DNA from: Candidatus Sericytochromatia bacterium
GTDB lineage: Bacteria > Cyanobacteriota > Sericytochromatia > S15B-MN24 > JAQBPE01
DNA length: 61,705 bases
Direction: 5' to 3'
Assembly: GCA_040400605.1 (NCBI GenBank)
Contig: JBBAPZ010000020.1
Coordinates: forward strand, 1-61,705
Positions within the stretch are counted from its first letter, which is position 1; every line of letters starts with the position of its first letter. Positions 1 to 8,608 of this stretch are shown here, piece by piece. The notes below the pieces were generated by a model, which made no database searches, was not told the DNA's origin, and saw only the letters and a program-made list of their open reading frames with translations. A program made the translations under genes and the position numbers.

Positions 1-1815
1 CTGTCTAAGATGACGACCGAAGAGTATATCCGTGACCCGCAGTTCGAGGTTATCGGCGTTGCAGTTAAACGCAACGAAGAAGAGACTGTATGGTTCAGCG
101 GCACCAACGCGCAGACCAAGCGGTGGCTACAGCAGTGGGACTGGGGTAACAGCGTAGCTGTAGCCCACAACGCCATGTTCGACATGGCAATCCTTAACTG
201 GCGTTATGACATTCGGCCTAAGCGTATCGCGGATACCCTGTCTATGCTTCGTGCTATCGACGGGCCGCATGCTGGTAACAGCCTAGCCAAAGCGGTTGAG
301 CGTTACGGTCTGGGCGAGAAGGGCACAGAGGTTATCAACGCGCTGGGTAAGCGGCGGCTGGACTTCACTGACGAAGACCTAGCCCGGTATGGCGACTACT
401 GTATTAACGACGTAGAGCTGACGCAGAAGTTGTTTGAGGCTCTAGCACCGCTCATGCCCGTGTCAGAGCTACGGCTTATCGACCTTACTATCAGGATGTT
501 CACCGAGCCGACGTTGGTGTTGGATAAGGGTGTCTTGGCTGCGCATTTGGATAGCGTACAAGCCAAAAAAGAAGAGCTTATGTCTGCCATTGAGGCCGAC
601 AAGGACGCATTGATGTCCAACGTTAAGCTAGCCGAGTTGCTGATAAGTATGGGTGTGGTGCCGCCGACAAAGGTAAGCCCAAAGACAGGCAAGGAAGCGT
701 TCGCGTTTGCCAAGAGTGACGAGGGGTTCAAGGCACTGCTCGACCACCCCAACCCACGGGTGCAAGCCATCGTCGCTGCGCGGCTGGGCGTGAAGTCTAC
801 ACTTGAGGAGACGCGGACCGAGCGGTTCATAGGCATTGCTGACCGGGGACCATTACCAGTTCCACTACGCTACTACGCAGCGCATACAGGCAGGTGGGGT
901 GGCGACGACAAGGTCAACCTCCAGAACCTACCGCGCAAGTCACCGCTCAAGAAGTCTATGCTGGCACCAGAGGGCTATGTGTTTATCGACTGTGACTCGT
1001 CACAAATCGAAGCGCGGACCTTGGCGTGGCTAGCTGGACAGGACGACCTTGTGGAGTTCTTCGATAAGAACAACGCAGAAGTTGCAGCGGGTGTGGAGAA
1101 GGCGGACATGCAGTACGACCCGTACAAAATCATGGCTTCGGAGATATACGGCAAGCCAATCCGTGACATAAATGAACACCCCGAACGCTTCGTGGGCAAG
1201 TCCACCATCCTTGGTGCAGGCTACGCCATGGGCCCGACTAAGTTCCAGATGCAGCTAAAGACCTTCAACGTCGATATGCCAATCGAGGAGTGTAAGCACA
1301 TTATCACGGTGTACCGTAACGCTTACCCCATGATACCGAAGTTGTGGGAGCAGGGGAACAAGGCTCTAGAGGCGCTTATGTCTACGCGCACTGCGCCGCT
1401 AGGTGAGCATGAAGCACTGCTAGTGGATATGTTTGGTATCAGGCTACCCAACGGTATGTACTTGAAGTACGATAACCTACGCAAGCAGACAGACCCAAAG
1501 ACAGGCCGGGACGAACTCGTCTACGACGTCAAGAAGGGCCGGGCGGTTATCCCTACCCGCATATACGGCGGGAAGCTCATAGAGAATGCGTGTCAGGCAC
1601 TCGCCCGTATCATCATAGGTGAGCAGATGCTGATGGTTGCGCGGCGTTACCGCGTAGTGATGACTGTGCATGACGCCGTGGGGGTACTTGCCCCCATAGC
1701 CGAGGCTAAAGAAGCCCGTGCGTTTGTCGAAGCGTGTATGCGCATACGGCCCAAGTGGGCACAGGGATTACCTTTGAATTGTGAGAGCAAGTTAGGAGCA
1801 AGTTATGGCGGATGA
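1..1815 (+). CDS. polA: Family A DNA polymerase with 3'-5' exonuclease domain (5' end probably cut by window start)
   Basis: Exonuclease motifs AHNAMFD and YCINDV; polymerase motifs NLQNLP, DSSQIEAR (A), KSTILGAGY (B), VHDA (C). Frame is open from base 1 and the ExoI DxE motif is missing. Confidence 0.93.
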   Translation: MSKMTTEEYIRDPQFEVIGVAVKRNEEETVWFSGTNAQTKRWLQQWDWGNSVAVAHNAMFDMAILNWRYDIRPKRIADTLSMLRAIDGPHAGNSLAKAVERYGLGEKGTEVINALGKRRLDFTDEDLARYGDYCINDVELTQKLFEALAPLMPVSELRLIDLTIRMFTEPTLVLDKGVLAAHLDSVQAKKEELMSAIEADKDALMSNVKLAELLISMGVVPPTKVSPKTGKEAFAFAKSDEGFKALLDHPNPRVQAIVAARLGVKSTLEETRTERFIGIADRGPLPVPLRYYAAHTGRWGGDDKVNLQNLPRKSPLKKSMLAPEGYVFIDCDSSQIEARTLAWLAGQDDLVEFFDKNNAEVAAGVEKADMQYDPYKIMASEIYGKPIRDINEHPERFVGKSTILGAGYAMGPTKFQMQLKTFNVDMPIEECKHIITVYRNAYPMIPKLWEQGNKALEALMSTRTAPLGEHEALLVDMFGIRLPNGMYLKYDNLRKQTDPKTGRDELVYDVKKGRAVIPTRIYGGKLIENACQALARIIIGEQMLMVARRYRVVMTVHDAVGVLAPIAEAKEARAFVEACMRIRPKWAQGLPLNCESKLGASYGG

Positions 1816-2368
1816 ATTACACCCCGCAGTTGAGTTATTACTCGCACGGATGGACAGCCACCCAGAGGAGTTCGTGAGCGATAACATACCCGCGTACGGT
1901 AGCCGTGCTGATGTGCTTAGGAAGCTAGTGCATAACGTACTGGACAACGTAGAGGGTCCGCAGGTGCTTCCCGTAAAGGAGAAGCTGGACCAGCTATACC
2001 TAGATATGTACCACAAAGAGTTGATGGACGAGCTACTTAGTGGCGACGACAAACGTGCGCAGGAAGCGGCAACGCAAGAAGCAGCAAAGCAGCAGGCATA
2101 CGCAGCGCAGCTGCAGTCGTACCCGGCATATCTGCAACAATCCCTAGCACAGACGGTGCAGCAGAGCGCGGTAGGTCAGTATCAGCAAGCGATACAGCAG
2201 TACGGCGGCGGCGGCGGTGGTGGCGGTGCTAGCTTACCAGTTAACACAAGCCCGTACAGTGGCACTATAACCGGAACGAAAGCCACCAGCCTCTTGATTG
2301 ACGACCAAGTGCTGGACGGGCCGATGATTAAGAGGATGAAGAGGATGTTATCAGGAAGGAGTAAGTAA
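1805..2368 (+). CDS. Hypothetical protein, paralog of 53509..53856, with Q/A/G-rich tail
   Basis: AGGAGCA RBS at 1794-1800; HPAVELLLARMDSHPEEF motif shared with the 53509 ORF. Confidence 0.75.
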   Translation: MADELHPAVELLLARMDSHPEEFVSDNIPAYGSRADVLRKLVHNVLDNVEGPQVLPVKEKLDQLYLDMYHKELMDELLSGDDKRAQEAATQEAAKQQAYAAQLQSYPAYLQQSLAQTVQQSAVGQYQQAIQQYGGGGGGGGASLPVNTSPYSGTITGTKATSLLIDDQVLDGPMIKRMKRMLSGRSK

Positions 2369-2369
2369 T

Positions 2370-2546
2370 ATGGAGTACCTAATATTAGTAAGCATGATTT
2401 GGCTTTTCTTGGTTGCGTTTGGGCTGGGCCTCTACATGAGCCCGTATAAAACCCTCAAACGTGAGAACGAGTGGCTCAACGCCGAGCTACACAAACTAAC
2501 AGACCGTGACGAGCGCGGTCGCTTCACAGGTAACAAGAGCAAGTAA
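2370..2546 (+). CDS. Small membrane-anchored protein (58 aa; not in ORF track)
   Basis: Translates MEYLILVSMIWLFLVAFGLGLYMSPYKTLKRENEWLNAELHKLTDRDERGRFTGNKSK; AAGGAG RBS; fills the gap between neighbouring genes. Confidence 0.65.
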   Translation: MEYLILVSMIWLFLVAFGLGLYMSPYKTLKRENEWLNAELHKLTDRDERGRFTGNKSK

Positions 2547-2569
2547 CAACCAAAGAAGGAGTGAGTACC

Positions 2570-3115
2570 ATGAACGTTATGACTAAGATACCCGCAGTGC
2601 GCCCAAACAGCCGCAAAGAGGAAGTGTTTAATATGCTGGGGATGCACCCCAACAGCACGACTAAGGAGCTAGCTGACCTTATGCCGCACTACACGATAGA
2701 TAACATATCGCATGCGGTGAGTTCGATGGTGGCTAGCAACATAGTGTTTGCAACAGGCAGCAAGCGGGAGGAAGGCCCATCGGGCCGGATTACGACGCAC
2801 AGGGCCTATTCTGTGAAATACCAGAAGCCGACTAAAGAGCTGGCACCGAACGTAAACCCGCATGTTGACCTGCTGAACGACCTAATCAAGGCGTTGAGGG
2901 CGGAGCGCGATGAACTTGAAGAGTGGAAGCAAGCTGCAATACTTCGCTACCCATCCCTCGACGTAGACCCACTGCTACTCAAGGCACGTGAGCTACTAGC
3001 GGCCCAAGCTAAAGAAGATGGTAACGACGCGCTGGTGGCGGACATACTTAAAGGCAACAAGGACGGCACAATCGCGCTTCGGGCCATCGTCAAGTTGCTG
3101 GGAGAGGGCAAATGA
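2570..3115 (+). CDS. Hypothetical protein, possible N-terminal winged-helix domain
   Basis: GAAGGAG RBS; TTKELADLM..ISHAVSSM is HTH-like; ATGA overlap with next gene. Confidence 0.65.
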   Translation: MNVMTKIPAVRPNSRKEEVFNMLGMHPNSTTKELADLMPHYTIDNISHAVSSMVASNIVFATGSKREEGPSGRITTHRAYSVKYQKPTKELAPNVNPHVDLLNDLIKALRAERDELEEWKQAAILRYPSLDVDPLLLKARELLAAQAKEDGNDALVADILKGNKDGTIALRAIVKLLGEGK

Positions 3116-3867
3116 CTGAAGAAAAACGTCCAAGCCTGATGATTGCCACCCCCATGTATGGGGGCATGTGCACCGGACACTACGTGCAAGGTCTACTGAT
3201 GACCATGAACAAGATGCGCGAACTGGGTGTCAACGTGGCATGGTGCCAGATTATGAACGAGAGCCTTATCACACGGGCACGTAACGACCTAGCACGGGTG
3301 TTCCTTGAGAGCGACCATGACTACCTCATGTTCATCGACGCTGACATTGGCTTTGACGCAGAGGCTATCGCGCACCTGCTACTGGCCGACAAGGACATTG
3401 CATGCGGCATCTACCCCAAGAAGGAAGTGAACTGGGACAGCGTCAACCGCGCTGCCCTTGCGGGTAAGACTGACCTTGCTGACCATGCCGGAGCGTTCGT
3501 GTTCAACATGGTGGGCACTGGTGATGTGCACACAGACGAGACAGGCTGCATCGAAGTCCGCCACGGCGGAACAGGCTTCATGCTAATCAAGCGGGGGGTA
3601 TTCGAGCAGTTGATACCGCACGTGCCAACCTATCGCACGTCGTCGTTTAAAAACGACAAGGGTGAGTACGACAAGCCGCTAACGCACGAGTTCTTTGCCA
3701 CCAGCATCGACGAGACAGGCGCGTTGCTTTCAGAGGATTACCACTTCTGCGAGTTGTGGCGCAAGCATGGCGGCAAGATACACGCACACCCGTTCATTAA
3801 GCTATATCATGTAGGCACGTATGTGTTTGGTGGTGACATCCTGAAGAGCGGAGGAAATTTGAAATGA
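3112..3867 (+). CDS. GT-A fold glycosyltransferase-like protein
   Basis: SLITRARN, YLMFIDAD (DxD), GTGFMLIKR, SEDYHFC motifs. Confidence 0.8.
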   Translation: MTEEKRPSLMIATPMYGGMCTGHYVQGLLMTMNKMRELGVNVAWCQIMNESLITRARNDLARVFLESDHDYLMFIDADIGFDAEAIAHLLLADKDIACGIYPKKEVNWDSVNRAALAGKTDLADHAGAFVFNMVGTGDVHTDETGCIEVRHGGTGFMLIKRGVFEQLIPHVPTYRTSSFKNDKGEYDKPLTHEFFATSIDETGALLSEDYHFCELWRKHGGKIHAHPFIKLYHVGTYVFGGDILKSGGNLK

Positions 3868-4142
3868 GCGAAGATGTAGATAAAATCTTAGACGAACGTG
3901 CGACCACTTATGGCCGCTTCATAGACGTAGCCACGGTAGCGCAGCAGTTGAAGCATGTCGCAGCGGCACATACCATTGCTATTGGCGTAGAGCTTAAGCA
4001 CGACCAGATTGAAGCCCTAGAGATGATATTCAGCAAAATTGCCCGTATCGTAAACGGTAACGCTAACTACGTAGATAGCTGGGTGGATATCGCAGGGTAC
4101 GCACAGCTTGTTGCTGACCGTTTGCAAGGGAAAGTCCGGTGA
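3864..4142 (+). CDS. DUF6378-like protein (nucleotide pyrophosphohydrolase-like helical domain)
   Basis: ERATTYG, KIARIVNG, DSWVDIAGYAQL motifs. Confidence 0.7.
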   Translation: MSEDVDKILDERATTYGRFIDVATVAQQLKHVAAAHTIAIGVELKHDQIEALEMIFSKIARIVNGNANYVDSWVDIAGYAQLVADRLQGKVR

Positions 4143-4366
4143 GTGAACGCCGGTATCGTGATATGATTACAGCCATTGAACGGGACACGGCAGGCACGGG
4201 GGTGGAGTTTGACTTCACCCCTACGTCCAAGCACGTGAAGGTTCGACTGCGCAGGGATGGCAAAGAGCGACTTGTCGTTATGTCCGCGTCTGCTAGTGAC
4301 CATAGGGCACAACTTAACAGAGCCAGAGACGTGCGCCGTGCGGTGCGCGAACTAACAGGAGTATAA
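4139..4366 (+). CDS. Small basic protein, HicA-like fold candidate
   Basis: SKHVKVRL followed by SASASDHRA resembles HicA-like phage proteins; GTGA overlap with the upstream gene. Confidence 0.5.
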   Translation: MSERRYRDMITAIERDTAGTGVEFDFTPTSKHVKVRLRRDGKERLVVMSASASDHRAQLNRARDVRRAVRELTGV

Positions 4367-4368
4367 AA

Positions 4369-5040
4369 GTGACAGCGTGGTCCTACAGTAGCATCAAGAC
4401 CTTCGACCAGTGTCCGAAGAAGTACTTTCACCTCAAGGTGGTTAAGGACGTAAAGGACGACCCCGGCGAAGCAGCTATCTATGGGACCGACGCACACGAA
4501 GCAGCCGAGCACTACATCAAGCACGGCACTCCTATACCAGAGAAGTTCAGCATCATGCGCCCCGTCGTGGAAGTGCTGGCCCAGTTTCCGGGCGAGAAGC
4601 ACACCGAGTTGAAGCTTGGTATACGCAAGACAGCCACAGGCTTTGAGCCATGCGGCTTCTTCGACAAGGACGTATGGTGGCGCGGCATCGTCGATTTGCT
4701 TATCACAAACGGCACAACTGCCCACATGGTGGACTATAAGACAGGTAAGAACGCCAAGTATGCGGACATGAAGCAGCTAGACCTGATGGCTGGCGCGGTG
4801 TTCGTGCACTACCCAGAGATAACTAAGGTTAAGTCGGGGCTGGCGTTTGTGGTGTCCAACGAGTTTCCTAAGAAGACCCACAAGCGCGAGCACTTGGCTA
4901 CGTACCTATCCGTGTTTGATAATCAGCTAGAACAGCTTGAGGCCAGTATGGATAATGGTGTATGGAACGCAAAGACCAGCCCGTTATGCGGCTGGTGCCC
5001 AGTAAAGAAATGCGAACATTGGAAACCACGGAGGCATTAA
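4369..5040 (+). CDS. PD-(D/E)xK exonuclease (RecB/Cas4-like)
   Basis: SYSSIKTFDQCP, GIVD, VDYKTG, QLDLMA and C-terminal CGWCP..C cysteine cluster. Confidence 0.85.
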   Translation: MTAWSYSSIKTFDQCPKKYFHLKVVKDVKDDPGEAAIYGTDAHEAAEHYIKHGTPIPEKFSIMRPVVEVLAQFPGEKHTELKLGIRKTATGFEPCGFFDKDVWWRGIVDLLITNGTTAHMVDYKTGKNAKYADMKQLDLMAGAVFVHYPEITKVKSGLAFVVSNEFPKKTHKREHLATYLSVFDNQLEQLEASMDNGVWNAKTSPLCGWCPVKKCEHWKPRRH

Positions 5041-5318
5041 TGGCACGAGATTATAGGGCGGAGTACGACAAGTACCAAGGCACAGAGCAGCAGAAGAAGA
5101 ACCGCGCTGCGCGCAACGCCGCCCGTGCCAAGATGATGAAGGCTGGTAAGGTCAAGAAGGGCGACGGGAAAGACGTCGCCCACGTAAAAGCGTTTGACAA
5201 AGGTGGTTCCAATAAGACGGGACTGCGTGTAGAAAGCAAGTCAGCCAACCGCTCATTTCTCCGTGATAAGAAGGGTAACCTCGTGTCGGAGCGCAGCAAA
5301 CGGGAACGCAAGAAGTAA
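5040..5318 (+). CDS. Small HNH-like basic protein
   Basis: GDGKDVAH..KGGSN...NRS resembles short phage HNH proteins; GGAGG RBS, ATG overlaps upstream stop. Confidence 0.6.
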   Translation: MARDYRAEYDKYQGTEQQKKNRAARNAARAKMMKAGKVKKGDGKDVAHVKAFDKGGSNKTGLRVESKSANRSFLRDKKGNLVSERSKRERKK

Positions 5319-5334
5319 CCACGAAGGAGCAATC

Positions 5335-6879
5335 GTGCAGATAATCGACAACAAGGCGCTGCTAGTTACAGCGCCGAACGCACATACTATACCCAAATAC
5401 ATAGAGAAGAGCGCCGTCGTTGAGGGTGGAGCAGTCGCCGTACGTTGGGGACTACCAGAGGCTACGCAGCTAGCCCAGCTTGGTTTCGACGGCGTGCCGT
5501 CTCCCATGCTCCGTGATTATAAGTGGACAGGCAAGTACGCGCCGTTCGACCACCAGAAAGAAACAGCTTCGTTCTTGTCTATCCGCAAACGAGCCTTCTG
5601 CTTCAACGAGCAGGGCACAGGCAAGACGGCTAGCGTCATATGGACGGCTGACTACCTGATGAAGAAGGGCAAGGTTAACCGCGTACTGGTGCTATGCCCG
5701 TTGTCGATTATGAAGTCGGCTTGGCAACGTGACCTTTTCACCTTCGCTATGCACCGCTCATGTAGCGTTGCGCATGGTGCTGCTCCGCAGCGTAAGAAGA
5801 TTATTGCCGCTGGTGCCGAGTTCGTCATCATTAACTTCGACGGTCTAGCTATCGTGAAGGACGAGATAATCGCAGGCGGCTTTGACCTTATCGTAGTGGA
5901 CGAAGCGAACGCATATAAGAATGTGCAGACCAACCGCTGGAAGATTTTTAGCCAGATTGTGAAGGCTACTGACCCACGGCTTTGGATGATGACGGGTACA
6001 CCCGCTGCGCAGTCCCCCCTAGACGCCTACGGCTTGGCCAAGCTGGTTAACCCAGAGAACTGCCCTAAATACTATACCGACTTCCGTGCAACCACCATGC
6101 ACAAAGTAACGCACTTTAAGTGGGCTCCGAAGCCACACGCAGCTGAATATGTACATAACATATTGCAGCCAGCCATCCGGTTCGAGAAGAAAGACTGTCT
6201 CGACCTACCCGAAGTGACGCACGTATCGCGGGACGCTCCGCTAACGACGCAGCAGAGCAAGTACTACAGGATGCTCAAGGACCAGATGCTGATTGAGACA
6301 GGCGGTGAGGAGGTCAGTGCGGTCAACGCGGCTACGCAGATAAACAAGCTACTGCAGATAAGCGGTGGCGCGGTCTATACGGATACTGGTGAGGTGCTGG
6401 AGTTCGATGTCTCTAACCGTGTTAACGTCGTACTCGAAGTCATAGAAGAAGCCAGCAACAAGGTGTTGGTCTTCGTGCCGTTCACGCACACCATTGAGAT
6501 ACTTCGCGCTAGGCTGGAGAAGGAAGGCATTTCGTGTGGCGTCATCAACGGCAAGGTGTCACTGAATAAACGCAGCGACATCATCGAACGGTTCCAGACG
6601 AGCAAAGACCCACACGTGCTTATCATCCAGCCACAGGCTGCATCGCACGGTCTGACCTTAACAGAGGCGGACACTATCATCTGGTATGCGCCAGTAACCA
6701 GCGTGGAAACATATTTGCAGGCTAACGCCCGTATCGACCGTCCGGGCCAGAAGAACGCCATGACCATCGTGCATATCAAGGGTAGCCCAGTAGAAGAGCG
6801 GCTGTACAGTATGCTCCAAAATAATATCGCCAACCACAAAAAGCTTATTGACTTGTACAAGGAAGTTATGGAAATATAG
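5335..6879 (+). CDS. SNF2-family (SF2) helicase
   Basis: Walker A QGTGKT, DEAN box, TGTP, HGLTLT, QANARIDRPGQ; GTG start after GAAGGAGCA. Confidence 0.92.
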   Translation: MQIIDNKALLVTAPNAHTIPKYIEKSAVVEGGAVAVRWGLPEATQLAQLGFDGVPSPMLRDYKWTGKYAPFDHQKETASFLSIRKRAFCFNEQGTGKTASVIWTADYLMKKGKVNRVLVLCPLSIMKSAWQRDLFTFAMHRSCSVAHGAAPQRKKIIAAGAEFVIINFDGLAIVKDEIIAGGFDLIVVDEANAYKNVQTNRWKIFSQIVKATDPRLWMMTGTPAAQSPLDAYGLAKLVNPENCPKYYTDFRATTMHKVTHFKWAPKPHAAEYVHNILQPAIRFEKKDCLDLPEVTHVSRDAPLTTQQSKYYRMLKDQMLIETGGEEVSAVNAATQINKLLQISGGAVYTDTGEVLEFDVSNRVNVVLEVIEEASNKVLVFVPFTHTIEILRARLEKEGISCGVINGKVSLNKRSDIIERFQTSKDPHVLIIQPQAASHGLTLTEADTIIWYAPVTSVETYLQANARIDRPGQKNAMTIVHIKGSPVEERLYSMLQNNIANHKKLIDLYKEVMEI

Positions 6880-6881
6880 TA

Positions 6882-6911
6882 TTTGACAATGTCAAAGATT
6901 AGTGGTAGCTA
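6882..6911 (+). promoter_or_regulatory. Sigma70-type promoter with palindrome over the -35
   Basis: TTGACA 6883-6888, 17 bp, TAGCTA; TTTGACA-A-TGTCAAA perfect inverted repeat 6882-6896. Confidence 0.5.
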
Positions 6912-6954
6912 ACAATATAACAAGCCACAATCACAACCAAGAAGGAGCAAACAG

Positions 6955-7356
6955 ATGGAAGACTTACCCGTAGACCAGCTTGTCCGCGTCTACCGTAAAA
7001 TACGTGACGTCGTGCAAGCGAAAGAAGACGCCCATAAAGCCGAGATTACAGAGCTTAAAGGGCAGATGGACCTGATTAGCACCAAGCTACTTGAGGTCTG
7101 CAACACACAGAATGTAGATAGCCTGCGTACCAAAGAAGGTACGATAACGAGGCGCGCTGCAACCCGCTACTGGACGAGCGATTGGGAGTCCATGTACAAG
7201 TTCTTGAAGGAGCACGACGTTCTGCACCTTCTTGAGCAGCGCATCCACAACGGCAACATGCGTACTTACCTAGAGGAGAACCCCGATAGTCTACCTGTCG
7301 GCCTCAATGCAGATACTAAGTATGTGCTTACGGTTCGTAAACCAACCACCAAGTGA
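6955..7356 (+). CDS. Phage replication-module protein (coiled coil plus beta domain), function unknown
   Basis: GAAGGAGCA RBS; position between helicase and SSB-like gene. Confidence 0.75.
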   Translation: MEDLPVDQLVRVYRKIRDVVQAKEDAHKAEITELKGQMDLISTKLLEVCNTQNVDSLRTKEGTITRRAATRYWTSDWESMYKFLKEHDVLHLLEQRIHNGNMRTYLEENPDSLPVGLNADTKYVLTVRKPTTK

Positions 7357-7364
7357 GAGAAACA

Positions 7365-8303
7365 ATGACCAATTTGACCATCTTTAAGAACCCTAACGCC
7401 GTAGCCGCATCGGCATTGCCACCATCGAAGTTGGGTGCGCAGATTGCTTCGAGCATGGGCGGTTATAACCGCATCGCCACCAACACCAACGGTACGTTCA
7501 AGCGCATCGTAAATGGTGAGCAGGTCGGCAAAGCCATCCGTGGTGAGTTCAACGCCATCATCCTTGCAATGCTGGAGAAGCCAAGCCGTAGCTACTACGG
7601 GAAGGACTACGACCCAGACGCTAAGGGCACCGCACCTGACTGCTTCTCTAACCTTGGTGACAAGCCAGAAGCATCTGCATCCAACCGCCAGTCGGCTAAC
7701 TGCGCCAACTGCCCTAAGAACATAGAAGGCTCTGGTAAGAACGGTAAGGGTAAAGCCTGTCGCTTCAGCCGCAGGGTTGCGTTGTTCTTAGACGGTGACG
7801 AGTCCGGTGATGTGTATCAGTTCAACATCCCAGCTAAGTCGCTATTCGGTAAGGGCACGGGCAACACTCTCCCGTTCGAGCAGTACTGCCGCCACTTGGT
7901 GTCTAACGGTGCAGCGCCTGACCGCGTGGTAACCACCATCGCGTATAACCTCGACGCAGAGACTATGGAGCTTAACTTCACTGCTGACCGGTTTATCACC
8001 CCAGAAGAACTGGAGCGCGTCACTGAGGCACAAGAGAACGCCGCCACGGCCCGTCTGATTAGCTTCGACGTCGTGAAGGCTGCTGCCGCAGAAGAACCTG
8101 CCAAGCTTGCAGCGCAAGCCGAGCCGAAGGCGAAGAAGCCATCGTTCTTGGACGATGACGACGGTGAGGACGACGAGGAAGAGGAACTGCCCGAGCCAGT
8201 AAAGCGCCCATCCAAAAAGGCCGCTGCCGCTGCCGTTGAACCTACCGGCTCTCTCGCCGCTGTAGTAAGCACTTGGGGCGACGACGAAGAAGATGACGAC
8301 TAA
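7365..8303 (+). CDS. Putative ssDNA-binding/annealing protein
   Basis: CANCPKN..GSG..KACR Zn motif; strongly acidic C-terminus ending WGDDEEDDD; replication context. Confidence 0.65.
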   Translation: MTNLTIFKNPNAVAASALPPSKLGAQIASSMGGYNRIATNTNGTFKRIVNGEQVGKAIRGEFNAIILAMLEKPSRSYYGKDYDPDAKGTAPDCFSNLGDKPEASASNRQSANCANCPKNIEGSGKNGKGKACRFSRRVALFLDGDESGDVYQFNIPAKSLFGKGTGNTLPFEQYCRHLVSNGAAPDRVVTTIAYNLDAETMELNFTADRFITPEELERVTEAQENAATARLISFDVVKAAAAEEPAKLAAQAEPKAKKPSFLDDDDGEDDEEEELPEPVKRPSKKAAAAAVEPTGSLAAVVSTWGDDEEDDD

Positions 8304-8545
8304 TGAGCGGTGGGTATAGCTTACGGATACAGGAGGCAAACGCCAAGGCAAGCAAACACAAGTTGGGTGTTCGTCTAGGTAGGCTCTGCATTGCGCAGGA
8401 CATTCCTGTAGCCGTGGTCGCTAAATGCACAGGTGTTACAAGGCAGACAGTGTATAACTGGTTCTGTGGGACTTCGGTCCCACAGGGCACTGCCGTGGCA
8501 CTCATAGCTTCATATATGGCGAGTCTGGAGAGTTCTGTTTCCTAA
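8303..8545 (+). CDS. XRE/Cro-type HTH protein
   Basis: VAVVAKCTGVTRQTVYNWFCG..P helix-turn-helix. Confidence 0.8.
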   Translation: MSGGYSLRIQEANAKASKHKLGVRLGRLCIAQDIPVAVVAKCTGVTRQTVYNWFCGTSVPQGTAVALIASYMASLESSVS

Positions 8546-8608
8546 CGGAGCAGGGAGCATTTTCTTTTAGAAGTGGGCTTGTGAGTTGCCCTATGGAGTA
8601 GTGTCTGC

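Noticed and set aside
4369..5040. Cas4 as evidence of a CRISPR system
   Set aside because: Solo PD-(D/E)xK exonuclease in a replication operon, common in phages
8546..8608. tRNA or other RNA gene in the gap before the primase
   Set aside because: No cloverleaf or T-loop motif; too short
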